Source: Octopus bimaculoides (lineage: Eukaryota). From it: 64,000 bases of DNA. Positions 53,083 through 63,000 of the stretch are shown here, in pieces. A program made the translations under genes and the position numbers. Within the stretch, counting starts at the first letter, position 1, and every line of letters starts with the position of its first letter. Below the pieces are notes generated by a model. The model worked only from the letters and a program-made list of their open reading frames with translations, made no database searches and was not told the DNA's origin. The stretch spans positions 109,007,040 to 109,071,039 of the forward strand of contig NC_068982.1 in the NCBI RefSeq assembly GCF_001194135.2, in the 5' to 3' direction.

Positions 53083-53300
53083 GTGTGTATATGTTTGTGT
53101 GTCTGTGTTTGTCCCCCTAACATCGCTTGACAGCCTAAGCTGGTGTGTTTACATCCCTGTAACTTAGTGGTTCGGCAAAAAGAAACCTATAGAATAAGTA
53201 CTAGACTTCCAAAGAATAAGTCCTAGGGTCGATCTGCACGACTAAAGGCGGTGCTCCAGCATGGCCGCGGTCAAATGAGTGAAACAAGTAAAAGAGTAAG
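52885..53300 (+). mobile_element. SINE family B, full length
   Basis: Same layout as 4858-5240. Confidence 0.9.
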
Positions 53301-53678
53301 AGTTATAGATATTCTTGAAATGTGTGTGCCTGTGATTTGAACCATTTTTTTTTTCAGTATATCCAAGTCACATATTTTGATTTGTAACTGTTTTAGTTAA
53401 TTAAATTTTTGAATACTTATTTCTATTTTATCAATACTTAATCAAATCTCTTGTAGATTAGTGTTACAATTAGACAATCCTGCAGCATATCTGCACAGCA
53501 ATAACTTCTAAATATGCAACAACAATGCACTTGTAAAGAAATGTTCTAATATCTGCAGAAACCTACACCCTATCAGTTCAGTAAAATATTGAACTAATCA
53601 TATCTTATGGATAACAATGAAAGAAGAAAGCAATTGAAGAATTGTTAAAAATATTGTATTTGTCTCTTCTGCTCTTAC

Positions 53679-53768
53679 CTTTCCCCTATGTAAACTATGA
53701 TCTGTCAGTTCTACACTCTTCTGACTCAAAACATTCATAATGGATCTGGCAGATGCCAATTTTGGAAA
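53679..53768 (-). CDS. Candidate 90-nt exon (FPKLASARSIMNVLSQKSVELTDHSLHRGK)
   Basis: Strong AAG|gtaaga donor; acceptor has ACTAAC next to tag but no pyrimidine tract; a single open frame, phase 0/0. Confidence 0.38.
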
Positions 53769-54348
53769 CTATAGTAGTTAGTTTTATTTTTGTGTCAATG
53801 GTATATATATATATATATNNNNNNNNNNNNNNNNNNNNNNNNNNNNNNNNNNNNNNNNNNNNNNNNNNNNNNNNNNNNNNNNNNNNNNNNNNNNNNNNNN
53901 NNNNNNNNNNNNNNNNNNNNNNNNNNNNNNNNNNNNNNNNNNNNNNNNNNNNNNNNNNTATATGGTTTCACTTTTTAAAGTTATCCTATAGACAATAGTT
54001 CAAATTATTCTTCATATTATGATAGTATGTCACAAATTGGAACAAGGAGGTGCAAGAATTGGTGAACAAGTTAATACTTCACAATATTTAGTTACATTAT
54101 CTCTGAAAAAAAAAAAAGCAACAATATTATGTAAATGGAAGCAAGGAAACGTTATAGACAGGCCCAGAATAGCAAGAGCATGTCATTGATGTAGTGAGAG
54201 CATATCATTGATGAGGTCGTAATTGGCTGTGTGACGAATTGACTAAATGATTAATCAAACAATACATTAGTAATTTAGTTAGATGATTAGCTAGTTGACT
54301 AATAATAATAAAAAAAAGTGAAATAGAACCAGTGCATGTGTTTCTTAC

Positions 54349-54413
54349 TGGTATGATGATCTTCCCAAGATGCACTAAAATCTTTCTCAACAACACCATT
54401 TCACATCAATCAG
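54349..54413 (-). CDS. Candidate 65-nt exon with ATG (MVLLRKILVHLGKIIIP)
   Basis: atttcattttcgtgtttggtttaaag| acceptor and CCA|gtaaga donor; ATG at 54399 in phase 0. Confidence 0.42.
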
Positions 54414-54512
54414 CTTTAAACCAAACACGAAAATGAAATTATCAAATACTTTTGTTTCTCAAATTCTCCCATTATTGGATATTTTCCTTCTTTTCTTTCA
54501 ATACGAATTCAA

Positions 54513-54727
54513 CCCTTTAGCATTCAGATTATTCTGTCAAATGTAATGCTTATTTATTCACACTGTTTTGAATTAACCATATGTTATCTCATAGCTTAGA
54601 GATTTTGATGATATAATTGTTTTTTAGAATGACATTGTAGCATAGGTGAGAGGTCAGGTCTAGCTGGTTTGAATAATAAATAGGTAGAATATCTGGACCA
54701 GATATGGCTAGCTTAAATGCTAAAGGG
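54513..54727. mobile_element. TTAA-target (piggyBac-like) MITE, second family
   Basis: TCAA|CCCTTTAGCATT ... AATGCTAAAGGG|TTAA. Confidence 0.8.
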
Positions 54728-54879
54728 TTAAACAACATACCAAACGATATGCTGAGAGTAAGCTTGTGCACTTACTTATTTCCTTTTATCTTCACTCTTT
54801 TGCTATGTAATTTCAATATTCAAAAAAAAAAAAAAAAACCCCACAAAATACACTGTTTCTCTTGCTCTCTCTTTTACAC

Positions 54880-55050
54880 ACATATAAATGATAGGCTTCT
54901 TTCAGTTTCTGTCTACCAGATCCACTCACAAGACTTTGGTCAGTTCAGGACTATAATAGAAGACCCTTGTCCAAGGTACCAAGTAGTGGGACTGAACTTG
55001 AAACCATTTGGTTTGGGAACAAACCTTTTAACCACACTGTCATGTCTATA
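54880..55050 (-). mobile_element. SINE family B 5' half
   Basis: Reverse complement of the head and CORE part of 52885-53040. Confidence 0.75.
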
Positions 55051-55191
55051 CCTATAATATTAGTGTTAAAAGGAAAGGAGGAAGATATTCAATAATGAGA
55101 GAATTTATAAGTATTTGACAAATAAACCATTTCAGTTTTCACTTTTGTCTTCAATAGTATATTTCTGCAATACACTTATTTTTTGTAAGTA

Positions 55192-56449
55192 CAAAGGTTG
55201 GCTGTAAAGTTCATAGGCTGACCAAAATACTCTCATAGAAAATGACCAAATGAGGTTTATTTTACAACATAGTCTCCCTTGCAGTCCACACACTTCTTTC
55301 ATTGGTGTTGTAGTGCTTGGATTCCATTGGTGAAGAAGCTATCATCCTGCTAGTCAAAAAGGTCATCAATAGTAGATATGTCATCATCACTGATACTGGT
55401 TCTCAGCGAAGTGTTTTTCCATGCCGAGGGACAGATGATAGTCAGATGGGGCCAAATCAGGAGCATAGGGATGGTGATCAACTAGTTCAAAGCCACAGTC
55501 ACACACAGCAGCCATTGAAACCAAGACTTGTGTGCTGGAACATTTTCCTGATAAAACAAGACCACTTTTGTCAATTTTCCTGGGCATTTGGTCTTGATAA
55601 CCTTTTGTAACTACCTCAACAAGTTGGTATAGTACTTTCCATTGATGGTATAGCCTTTTGAAGATAGTCAGTAAACACAATTCCTTTTGTGTGCCAAAAA
55701 TGGAGGCCATCACCTTCCCTGCAGATGAAATTACCTTGGCCTTCTTTGGAGCTGATGAAGAGGGGTGTTTTTACTGCATGGATTGTCTTTTTGTCTCTAG
55801 CTTAAAGTGATGAACCCAACACTCATCCTGGATAAGGAACCATTCATGAAGACCAGCTGGATCTGCCTAAAACAATATCAGATTTTCCTGTGATGTGATA
55901 AGCTGGTGTGTTTTTGATTTGGTGTCAGAAGACTGAGCAGAAACCTTTGCTATGTCAAGTTCATTGTGCATAATATTCTCAACTCTCTTATAGGATATTC
56001 TAATAATATTGGATGTTTGATTTGTTGATTTGTAATCAGTTGCCTGTCATGTGGTGAACATGATCAATGTTTTCCTAGGTGGTAGCAGTTGCAAGATGTC
56101 CATACCTTGGGTTATCTTCAAGACACTCCCTTCCCCTCCTAAATTCAGCTTCCCACTATTGATAAAGCTGGAGCATCATCCCCTAATGTATCAATCATGT
56201 CAGCATGAATGTCCTTGGAGGCTAAACCCTTTTCAGCAGGTGGATAACACTATGATGCTAAATTATGTCCATTTTCAAGAGAGGTTGCTAATAGTTACTT
56301 TTGAATTTTTCTTTGAACAGTCAGATGTCAGTTTAGCTGGAAAGAGACAATGCGGCTATTAAGAAGAGTTGAAATTAATGCATGCAAGATTTCACAGCTC
56401 AGGAATCAGTCCTTCATTGTCAGCTTATGATCTTTTCAGCCCACCCTTG
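55192..56449 (-). mobile_element. Full-length degenerate mariner (DD34D-type) transposon
   Basis: TA TSDs; TIRs CAAAGGTTGGCTGTAAAGTTCATAGGCTGAC / GTCAGCTTATGATCTTTTCAGCCCACCCTTG; minus-strand KDIHADMIDTLGDDAPAL, EAEFRRGRECLEDNPR and HPYAPDLAPSDYHL. Confidence 0.95.
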
Positions 56450-58109
56450 TAAATATGCTCACCATATCTCACTTGCCTTCATTGCAATATAATAAAAAAT
56501 TAAATATGTTATATGTTTCTCCAATATAAACTCATTTCAAACTGTTAAAACATATTTTTTAAGAATCATTTTTTCCATATTATTTTTCTCCTAAAATATT
56601 TTTGAATTTACTATTCTGAGTATTTAGTGTTGAATTTTAACTCTTATCACTTTATTTTATCAATCTACGTTGGGTGAAATGTATATTGAACCAGAGTATT
56701 ATTAAAACTCAGAAGCCCTGCTAGCATTTAGTATAGGGTTTCAGCTGTTGTTACACATACATACACACACTCTCTCATATACATACTTTTTACTTGTATA
56801 TTGTTGTACTCACATTCCCACAAGAGTAGTGCACCTTTTTTTTTAAAGTATATTCCACTTATAAGTTATAACCTAAGGCCTGGTTCATTGATTTAGATGT
56901 TATTAGTGGAAATGCATTAGTATGGTCCAAACATGATTCAAGTCAAGGAATGCAATAAGGTTACATAAAACAACTAAAGTGAAATCACATCAGTCATAAA
57001 TCTTATACTACATTCTTTATAGCCAAATGTTTTACCAAGTAGGTTATCCTATATGTATGTTATAAGTAGTCTGGTTATAAGCATAAGAATTCAAGGATAT
57101 ACTAATTTGCCTTTTCAATCATGTGACAACTAATTTGAGAAAGCTGCCCATATGTAAACTATTTTGCAAATACAAATGAAATGACAAATAACTGTTTCAG
57201 ATATATTTCCTCCTAAATCCAGCTACATATTTGGGTGTTTTCATAGCTAGTTATATTTTAGCAAGAAGTGGCTATAATTCTAGCCATCTTGGCAACACAA
57301 GGAGAATGCTTGGCACAAACATCATAGATTTGAGTCAATTAATGTTGACAATGTCATTGGAAAGTTGCCATTCTTTAGCATCTTCAATTGACTACTAGCT
57401 GGTCAAAGATTGGCTCTAACATCTCATCAGTATATTAGTATTTTTAGTCATTCAAACACACTTTAGACACTTTTGTGGTACATTTGTTTGTATATATATG
57501 TCTGTTTGTATACATATGTGTACTTCTGCATGTGTATGCACACACACATGCGGGTGTGATTTCAGTTGATTGGTGTGTGTTTTTGTTCACTGCATTGGGT
57601 TTATTGGCCAACAGCTGACACAGCTATGTGGTCTGTATGCAGAAGACCTCGATAGGGAATTTTCCCATGACATTAGGTATTTCAGGCCATTTGGGTTGGA
57701 TGTATGACATTGGGTTCTTGGTCAACCCAGTTTGTATGTGTGACATTGAGTACCCTTTGACTTATATAATTTGCAACATCCAAAGTTTGCTTTGTCTGGC
57801 AACAAGTATTCATGTAATATTATTTCTGTTATGTATTTCCTTTGGAAGAGTTGGAATGGTATTTATTACACCAACTTCTGGCTCACTCTTCTTTCTGTCT
57901 TTTATATTGCTACTACTATGAGAGCTGATACCCTGAGCTGGTTGGTCTTGTATCACCTTTCTTTTAGGTACTCTCTTCCTATTGTCAATCATATTGTGTC
58001 TATCCCCTGGCCCTGCACTAACTACTATGTACATCCCCCCCATTCCCCAGAATGTCACCCCTCTGAATTTCTGATTTTGCAAATGTTTTTCCTGTAATCA
58101 GAAACCTGC

Positions 58110-58340
58110 AGATCATCATCATTGTTTAACCTCTATTTTCCATGCTGGCATGGGTTAGCTGGTTTGAGATGGAGTTGGCTAGCAGGGGGCTGTCCAGACT
58201 CTGGCTGTCTGTTGAGGCATGGTTTCTACAGCTGGATGCTCTTCCTAATGCCAACCACTTAACAGAGTGTACTGGGTGCTTATCATGTGTCACCGGCACT
58301 GGTGCATTTATGCAGTACCAGTACAGGTGCATTAACACAG
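58110..58340 (-). mobile_element. Family C (RTE 3' UTR-type) fragment
   Basis: CATCATCAT...TTCCATGCTGGCATGGGTT...CTACAGCTGGATGCTCTTCCTAATGCCAACC. Confidence 0.8.
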
Positions 58341-58341
58341 C

Positions 58342-58520
58342 ACCAACATCGACCCCACACACTGGGAGGATATCTCGGCAAACAGACCCCTCTGGAGACA
58401 CACCATCAAAACGGGTTCAGCGGACTTCGAGAAAGCCCGAGTCGCAAGAGCTGAACTCAAGAGACGGGAGAGAAAGCAGCGCCTTCTCCTTCCCAAACCA
58501 ACCCCTTCTATCCCTTGTCC
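58342..58520 (+). mobile_element. Young RTE (BovB-like) LINE ORF2 C-terminal fragment running into an assembly gap
   Basis: Open frame TNIDPTHWEDISANRPLWRHTIKTGSADFEKARVARAELKRRERKQRLLLPKPTPSIPC; 9 CpGs in 179 bp. Confidence 0.85.
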
Positions 58521-58816
58521 NNNNNNNNNNNNNNNNNNNNNNNNNNNNNNNNNNNNNNNNNNNNNNNNNNNNNNNNNNNNNNNNNNNNNNNNNNNNNNNN
58601 NNNNNNNNNNNNNNNNNNNNNNNNNNNNNNNNNNNNNNNNNNNNNNNNNNNNNNNNNNNNNNNNNNNNNNNNNNNNNNNNNNNNNNNNNNNNNNNNNNNN
58701 NNNNNNNNNNNNNNNNNNNNNNNNNNNNNNNNNNNNNNNNNNNNNNNNNNNNNNNNNNNNNNNNNNNNNNNNNNNNNNNNNNNNNNNNNNNNNNNNNNNN
58801 NNNNNNNNNNNNNNNN
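58521..58816. other. Assembly gap (296 N); other gaps at 35184-35193, 50951-50960, 53819-53958 and 60069-60078
   Basis: N runs in the sequence. Confidence 0.99.
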
Positions 58817-59149
58817 ACACACAAGCAACATAGAGAACATTCTTCTTCATCAGCTACCCCCATTTTAACACCGGCATTTCGAAGAGCTGGGCAGGACACA
58901 TCGTTAAAACGGCTCTTCCCATGGACCGCAAATTAAATTTGTATACACAAATTAAATCTTGCCATGGAGGAATGTAGTGGCGGACAAAAAACAAGACAGG
59001 AAAACAAACAGAAAAGGCTTTACAGCCAGACGAGAAAAATTATGTGTGTAAGAACGCTGTGAGGCACGAACTTGAAAGTAGGGACGAAACACACACACAC
59101 ACATATATATATATATAGTGAAGACAAAAGGATTTCATGTGCTACTGAT

Positions 59150-60450
59150 CGTAGATGATACACCTTATCATCCACAATCTCTACAGCTCCACTATCTGAA
59201 TGTCTAATTAATATTCATAATGCGAAATAACCTCACTTTTCAAGCTTTGCACCAAGGCGTTATTTGCTACTTTTTAAGATTTTATTTTCGACACGCATTC
59301 GACCAGTTTATAAATGCTAATGATAGAGAAGTTGACCCAACACTTGATCATTTTGTAAATCTTTCAGCATTCTAGGTGCTGTAAAAAAATAATAAAAAGA
59401 AGGCTTCTGCAACAAATTACAGAGAAAAATACGAAAGCTGTTTGAAACAAATTCTTTAAAGTTATTGACAATTTTTGAGGGATTTAGAGAATCAGTAGAG
59501 ATTGTTCGAAGTAAAACGAGTCATCGTTGATATTGTTAATCAATTGTGCCTTGATGTTTCTATGAATATATGAACGATCCATTTCAGTCACACGAACAAG
59601 AGCTTACAATTGAAGATCTCATCATGAAAAAGCCGAAGATGATATAACACTGGAAACTACTCTTGTTTATTTTGTTTTTTAAAAGGTTTTGCGGATCTTT
59701 TTTAAAACGGGGGCCACATTTTTCATTAATGTTTTACGTAGTGTTTTTGGTACCGAAAGACTTTCAAACTTCGTATACTTATCTATTTTGTGTTATAGAA
59801 CAGAAAAATATTTTTGTATCCGAATTTATTTCATGTAAAAAATTGTCTTATTTCGATAATTTCAACCAATCACTGACAAGTATTCAGTTGTTTACATTTA
59901 CTCCTTTGGCTGATTAAGCGGTGTAAAGCGTATTTAATTTCCACAGCTTCGTTTTGCTTTTTTCTTTTTAAATTTGCTGTTTTACCCTAACCCTAACCCT
60001 ATCACCGATAGAATTGTTTCAGAATCGATTGTTTATGTAGTCGGCACTTAATGTATATCGGCTGAATGNNNNNNNNNNTAACATGGAATAACTTAGGGAT
60101 TTCTTTTTTTTTAAGAAGACTAAGAGAAAAAGATGTTTTATATGACACATTCTACCAGTGTTCCAAGTTTCAAAGTGTTTCGTTAATGAAAAATGTGGCC
60201 CCCGTTTTAAAAAAGATCCGGTTTTGCGACCGAAAAAGACAAAAAAAAAGAAAAAAGAATAAAAAGTCGATGGAATTTTGATGTAAGCTTGTACGACTAA
60301 AAGAATTTTTTGAGTCCAAGATTCGAATTTCGAGTGAAGTAGAACAGTTGCTACAAATCTTAAATGATCTCGTCTGTTATCGTCAAATTTTATTAAAAGA
60401 AGAAAAGACGTAGGTAGATGGAGCTTTTGACACATTTGTAAAGATGAAAA
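59150..60450 (+). mobile_element. pogo/Tigger-like transposase remnant interrupted by a MITE
   Basis: Frameshifted ITSL/FQALHQGVI/ATF (Tigger TSLIQPMDQGVIATF), QSHEQELTIEDL, and after the MITE CYRQILLKEEK...FDTF. Confidence 0.7.
59693..60219. mobile_element. MITE with 38-bp GG-initiated TIRs and perfect 8-bp TSD
   Basis: TIR GGATCTTTTTTAAAACGGGG(G)CCACATTTTTCATTAA at both ends; TSD GGTTTTGC at 59685-59692 and 60220-60227; internal (CCCTAA)-like repeats near 59985-60000. Confidence 0.9.
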
Positions 60451-60617
60451 AAAGGGGCTCCTACTTTAAGTGAATCAAATACGTACAGCAAAACGTCCAC
60501 CACGAGATGAATAAAAAAGTGATATTTAATTGTTTGTAAATGCTTGATTTAATATGTATGATGCATTAAGTCATTGGTTAGGCTTAAATTGTTTATTGAT
60601 ATTTATTTATTTCTTAC

Positions 60618-60651
60618 TTTTAAAAAATTCTTGCATATAAAATCACCTCAT
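60618..60651 (-). other. Candidate 34-nt (probably non-coding) exon
   Basis: atctgtttactgcag| acceptor and AAA|gtaaga donor; all three frames read from the acceptor hit a stop. Confidence 0.4.
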
Positions 60652-61193
60652 CTGCAGTAAACAGATTTTAGATAAAGTGTTTAGTGTAGGTATTGAGTAA
60701 GATTTAAGGCAAAGGATTTTGTAGTAACACACAAATAATTCATAAGTTTTGTATTTATTTATAATCTCTAGTGTTAAATCTATGTCAGGCAAATGATCTT
60801 TCATAAGATTGACACAGTTGAAGACTTGCACTAAATTGCAAAATGATATAGGCAATCCCTTCTCTATTTCTTATGTTGAAACAAGGCCACAAATTTGTTG
60901 GGAAGGTGTGTTGCAGTTGTTTGAATTGACCTGTGTACATGACTGGGACTTATTTTGGATCTATTCAATTTGACGGCCAGATTTTTTGATTAATTTGTTT
61001 TAACTATAAACACTTATTATTTGATGAATTCATTTTTGTTTTTTTGAAGGGTGTAATGTGATTAAGATTTTACTGCTATTTCTAGCACATAGAAACTCCC
61101 TTATGAGCTCCTTCATGTTTTAGTCAAATTAGCGGTATGGCTGGCACAAACAGCAAAGCTTCATATTTGGTTTCATCATTTTTCTGAACTTAC

Positions 61194-61241
61194 TCTCATC
61201 AGAGTCAGCTTGACCGTTCGTTTTCCCAAAGTCGGTAATCT
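61194..61241 (-). other. Candidate 48-nt exon
   Basis: cattgtatttaag| acceptor and AGA|gtaagt donor; two frames open. Confidence 0.45.
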
Positions 61242-61679
61242 CTTAAATACAATGTCTGATAAAAATAAAAGAAAAAATGATTGTCATAGTGAAAATTCCT
61301 TTGATAGCTCTTCTAAAAACAAGATTGACCTGGGACAGTATAAAAAAAGTGTTTCTGAGTAAGGCCATCGATTTTGAGAGGAGAGATTAGTTGATTACAT
61401 CGACCCTAGTATTTGACTGGCATTTTATGTTGCCGAACCTGAAAGATGAAAAGCAAACTTGACTTCGGAAGGATTTGAGATCAGAACGAAAGGAGCCGGA
61501 AGAAATACCATAATACTTTTCCCAAAGCCCTTTCTACCAGCTCCCTGCTGATTTCTTTTATTTACCACCTGGGCGACTGTTTAGGGGAACAGTCGCAAAT
61601 ACATGTATAACAAATGGAAAATTGAATGAGAAAGCAAAAATATGAAATACAAATACGTACGGTGTACAAATAATGATTT

Positions 61680-61882
61680 CAAATTTTAGTACAAGGCCTG
61701 CAATTTCGAGGGAGAAATTAAGTCAATTACGTCGACCTCAATGCTCAACTGGCACTTATTGACCCAGAAAAGATGAAAGGTGAAGTCGACCTTGGCGTAA
61801 TATAAACTGAGAACGTAAAGACAAATGAAATGCTGCTAAGCATTTTACCCGCGGTAACGGTTACTGCCAGCTAGCCGCCTTA
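61680..61882 (+). mobile_element. Repeat family D, CpG-retaining copy (another at about 61365-61520)
   Basis: GTCAATTACGTCGACC...GAAGTCGACCTTGGCG...GAACGTAAAG...AGCCGCC. Confidence 0.8.
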
Positions 61883-62161
61883 TGTATGGTACACAAACAA
61901 TGAATTATAATGATGGTGCAGACCTTATGAAATAGGACCGTCACCTGTGACCAAGCGAGGAACCTTGGCATTCAAAGGACAGGTGTCTTCTTGAACGATT
62001 AGTAATAAAAACTACCATTTCATTGATGGTAGTTATATATATATATATATATATAGATTCAAGGTTGAATATGGTAATTATGCGTAGGCACCCGAATATC
62101 GTATTCCAAAAGATAGGTGATCAAAAATCAAAAAATAAGCAAAACGGATTTCAAAGGTGAT

Positions 62162-62250
62162 TGCAGTACGCACGTTTCATGCTACTCCAATTTATTTAAG
62201 TAATGTGAGCATTACATTAAATGCAATATGAAGAGCAATCTTCAGCTTCA
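62162..62250 (-). ncRNA. Type I hammerhead-ribozyme-like motif (possibly decayed)
   Basis: Minus strand: tgaag-CTGAAGA-[stem II]-GAAA-CGTGCG-TA-ctgca. Core boxes are intact, stem III is ACG/CGT, stem I pairs 4 of 5, and stem II is about 9 bp with a U-U closing mismatch. Confidence 0.5.
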
Positions 62251-62266
62251 CGAAAATGCAGAAAAT

Positions 62267-62298
<32 letters not shown>

Positions 62299-62599
62299 TT
62301 CAAAAAGAAAAAAGAAAAAAATCTCTGCGTATATACAACTAATGATCCAAATCGACATTTTTAGATAAAGTATTCTATAATGGTATGCTGTACTTCGCTC
62401 TGTGGTATCTATTTATAGCTAAATGAAACAGACAATTATTAAGAGTTAAATATTTCAAGGACACCACACTCTCACACAGTGAAATACCATCAACTACTGA
62501 ATCTACTGGTGGCAGGATTGTACTCTGTATACTTGGCGAGTTGTGTGCGAGTCTCGACAAATAATTAGAAAAATACAAATACTGAGGAATTTATAGCCT

Positions 62600-63000
62600 T
62601 AATATTTTTCTAATTTTTGTATTCAAGCCTAATTACTGTAATTCAGACAAAGAATTGCTGGTGGATGTGTGTACGCGTGCTCATTGGAGCTTATCGTTGA
62701 TTGACAGTCTTTCTCTGGCGGACTATTTTGAATTTTGCTAGGGCGGTTCTTTGTCCTTCCATTCTCAGTTTCAAGGATCCAGTCATCGGATATATCAGAC
62801 GATCCGCGCGCGCGCACACACGCACACACACACACACACACACACACGAGTTCTCTTCCCTAATGCACTATTCTGGATGAGGACTTTTTTTTCCTCTAGG
62901 TTGGAAGGGTTCATGTAGCAACTTTTTTATTGTGGCTGCCAAGTTGTTTCTGAGCCGTTTCCATGGCAGCCTGAATACATCGTTATTGAAAGTAAGAAAG
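62600..63000. promoter_or_regulatory. CpG-rich putative (bidirectional) promoter and first exons
   Basis: High CpG density including CGCGCGCGCG; outward-facing donors: + strand GAAA|gtaaga at 62991/62992 and - strand TACA|gtaatt at 62637/62636. Confidence 0.5.
62957..62970. promoter_or_regulatory. RFX X-box-like motif
   Basis: GTTTCCATGGCAGC; the reverse complement GCTGCCATGGAAAC differs by one base from GTTGCCATGGAAAC. Extra half-sites GTAGCAAC and GGCTGCCAAG lie within 50 bp. Confidence 0.5.

Noticed and set aside
57600-58090. Second ORF1-like remnant on the minus strand
   Set aside because: GC-richer and coding-like, but no intact CCHC or other diagnostic motif.
58142-58936. 264-aa ORF and overlapping long ORFs
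   Set aside because: They run through 296 Ns and stitch together a family C fragment and an RTE fragment in the wrong frame.
61150-61205. CTGATGA...GAAAC on the minus strand
   Set aside because: No stem II, III or I pairing, and it overlaps a splice donor.
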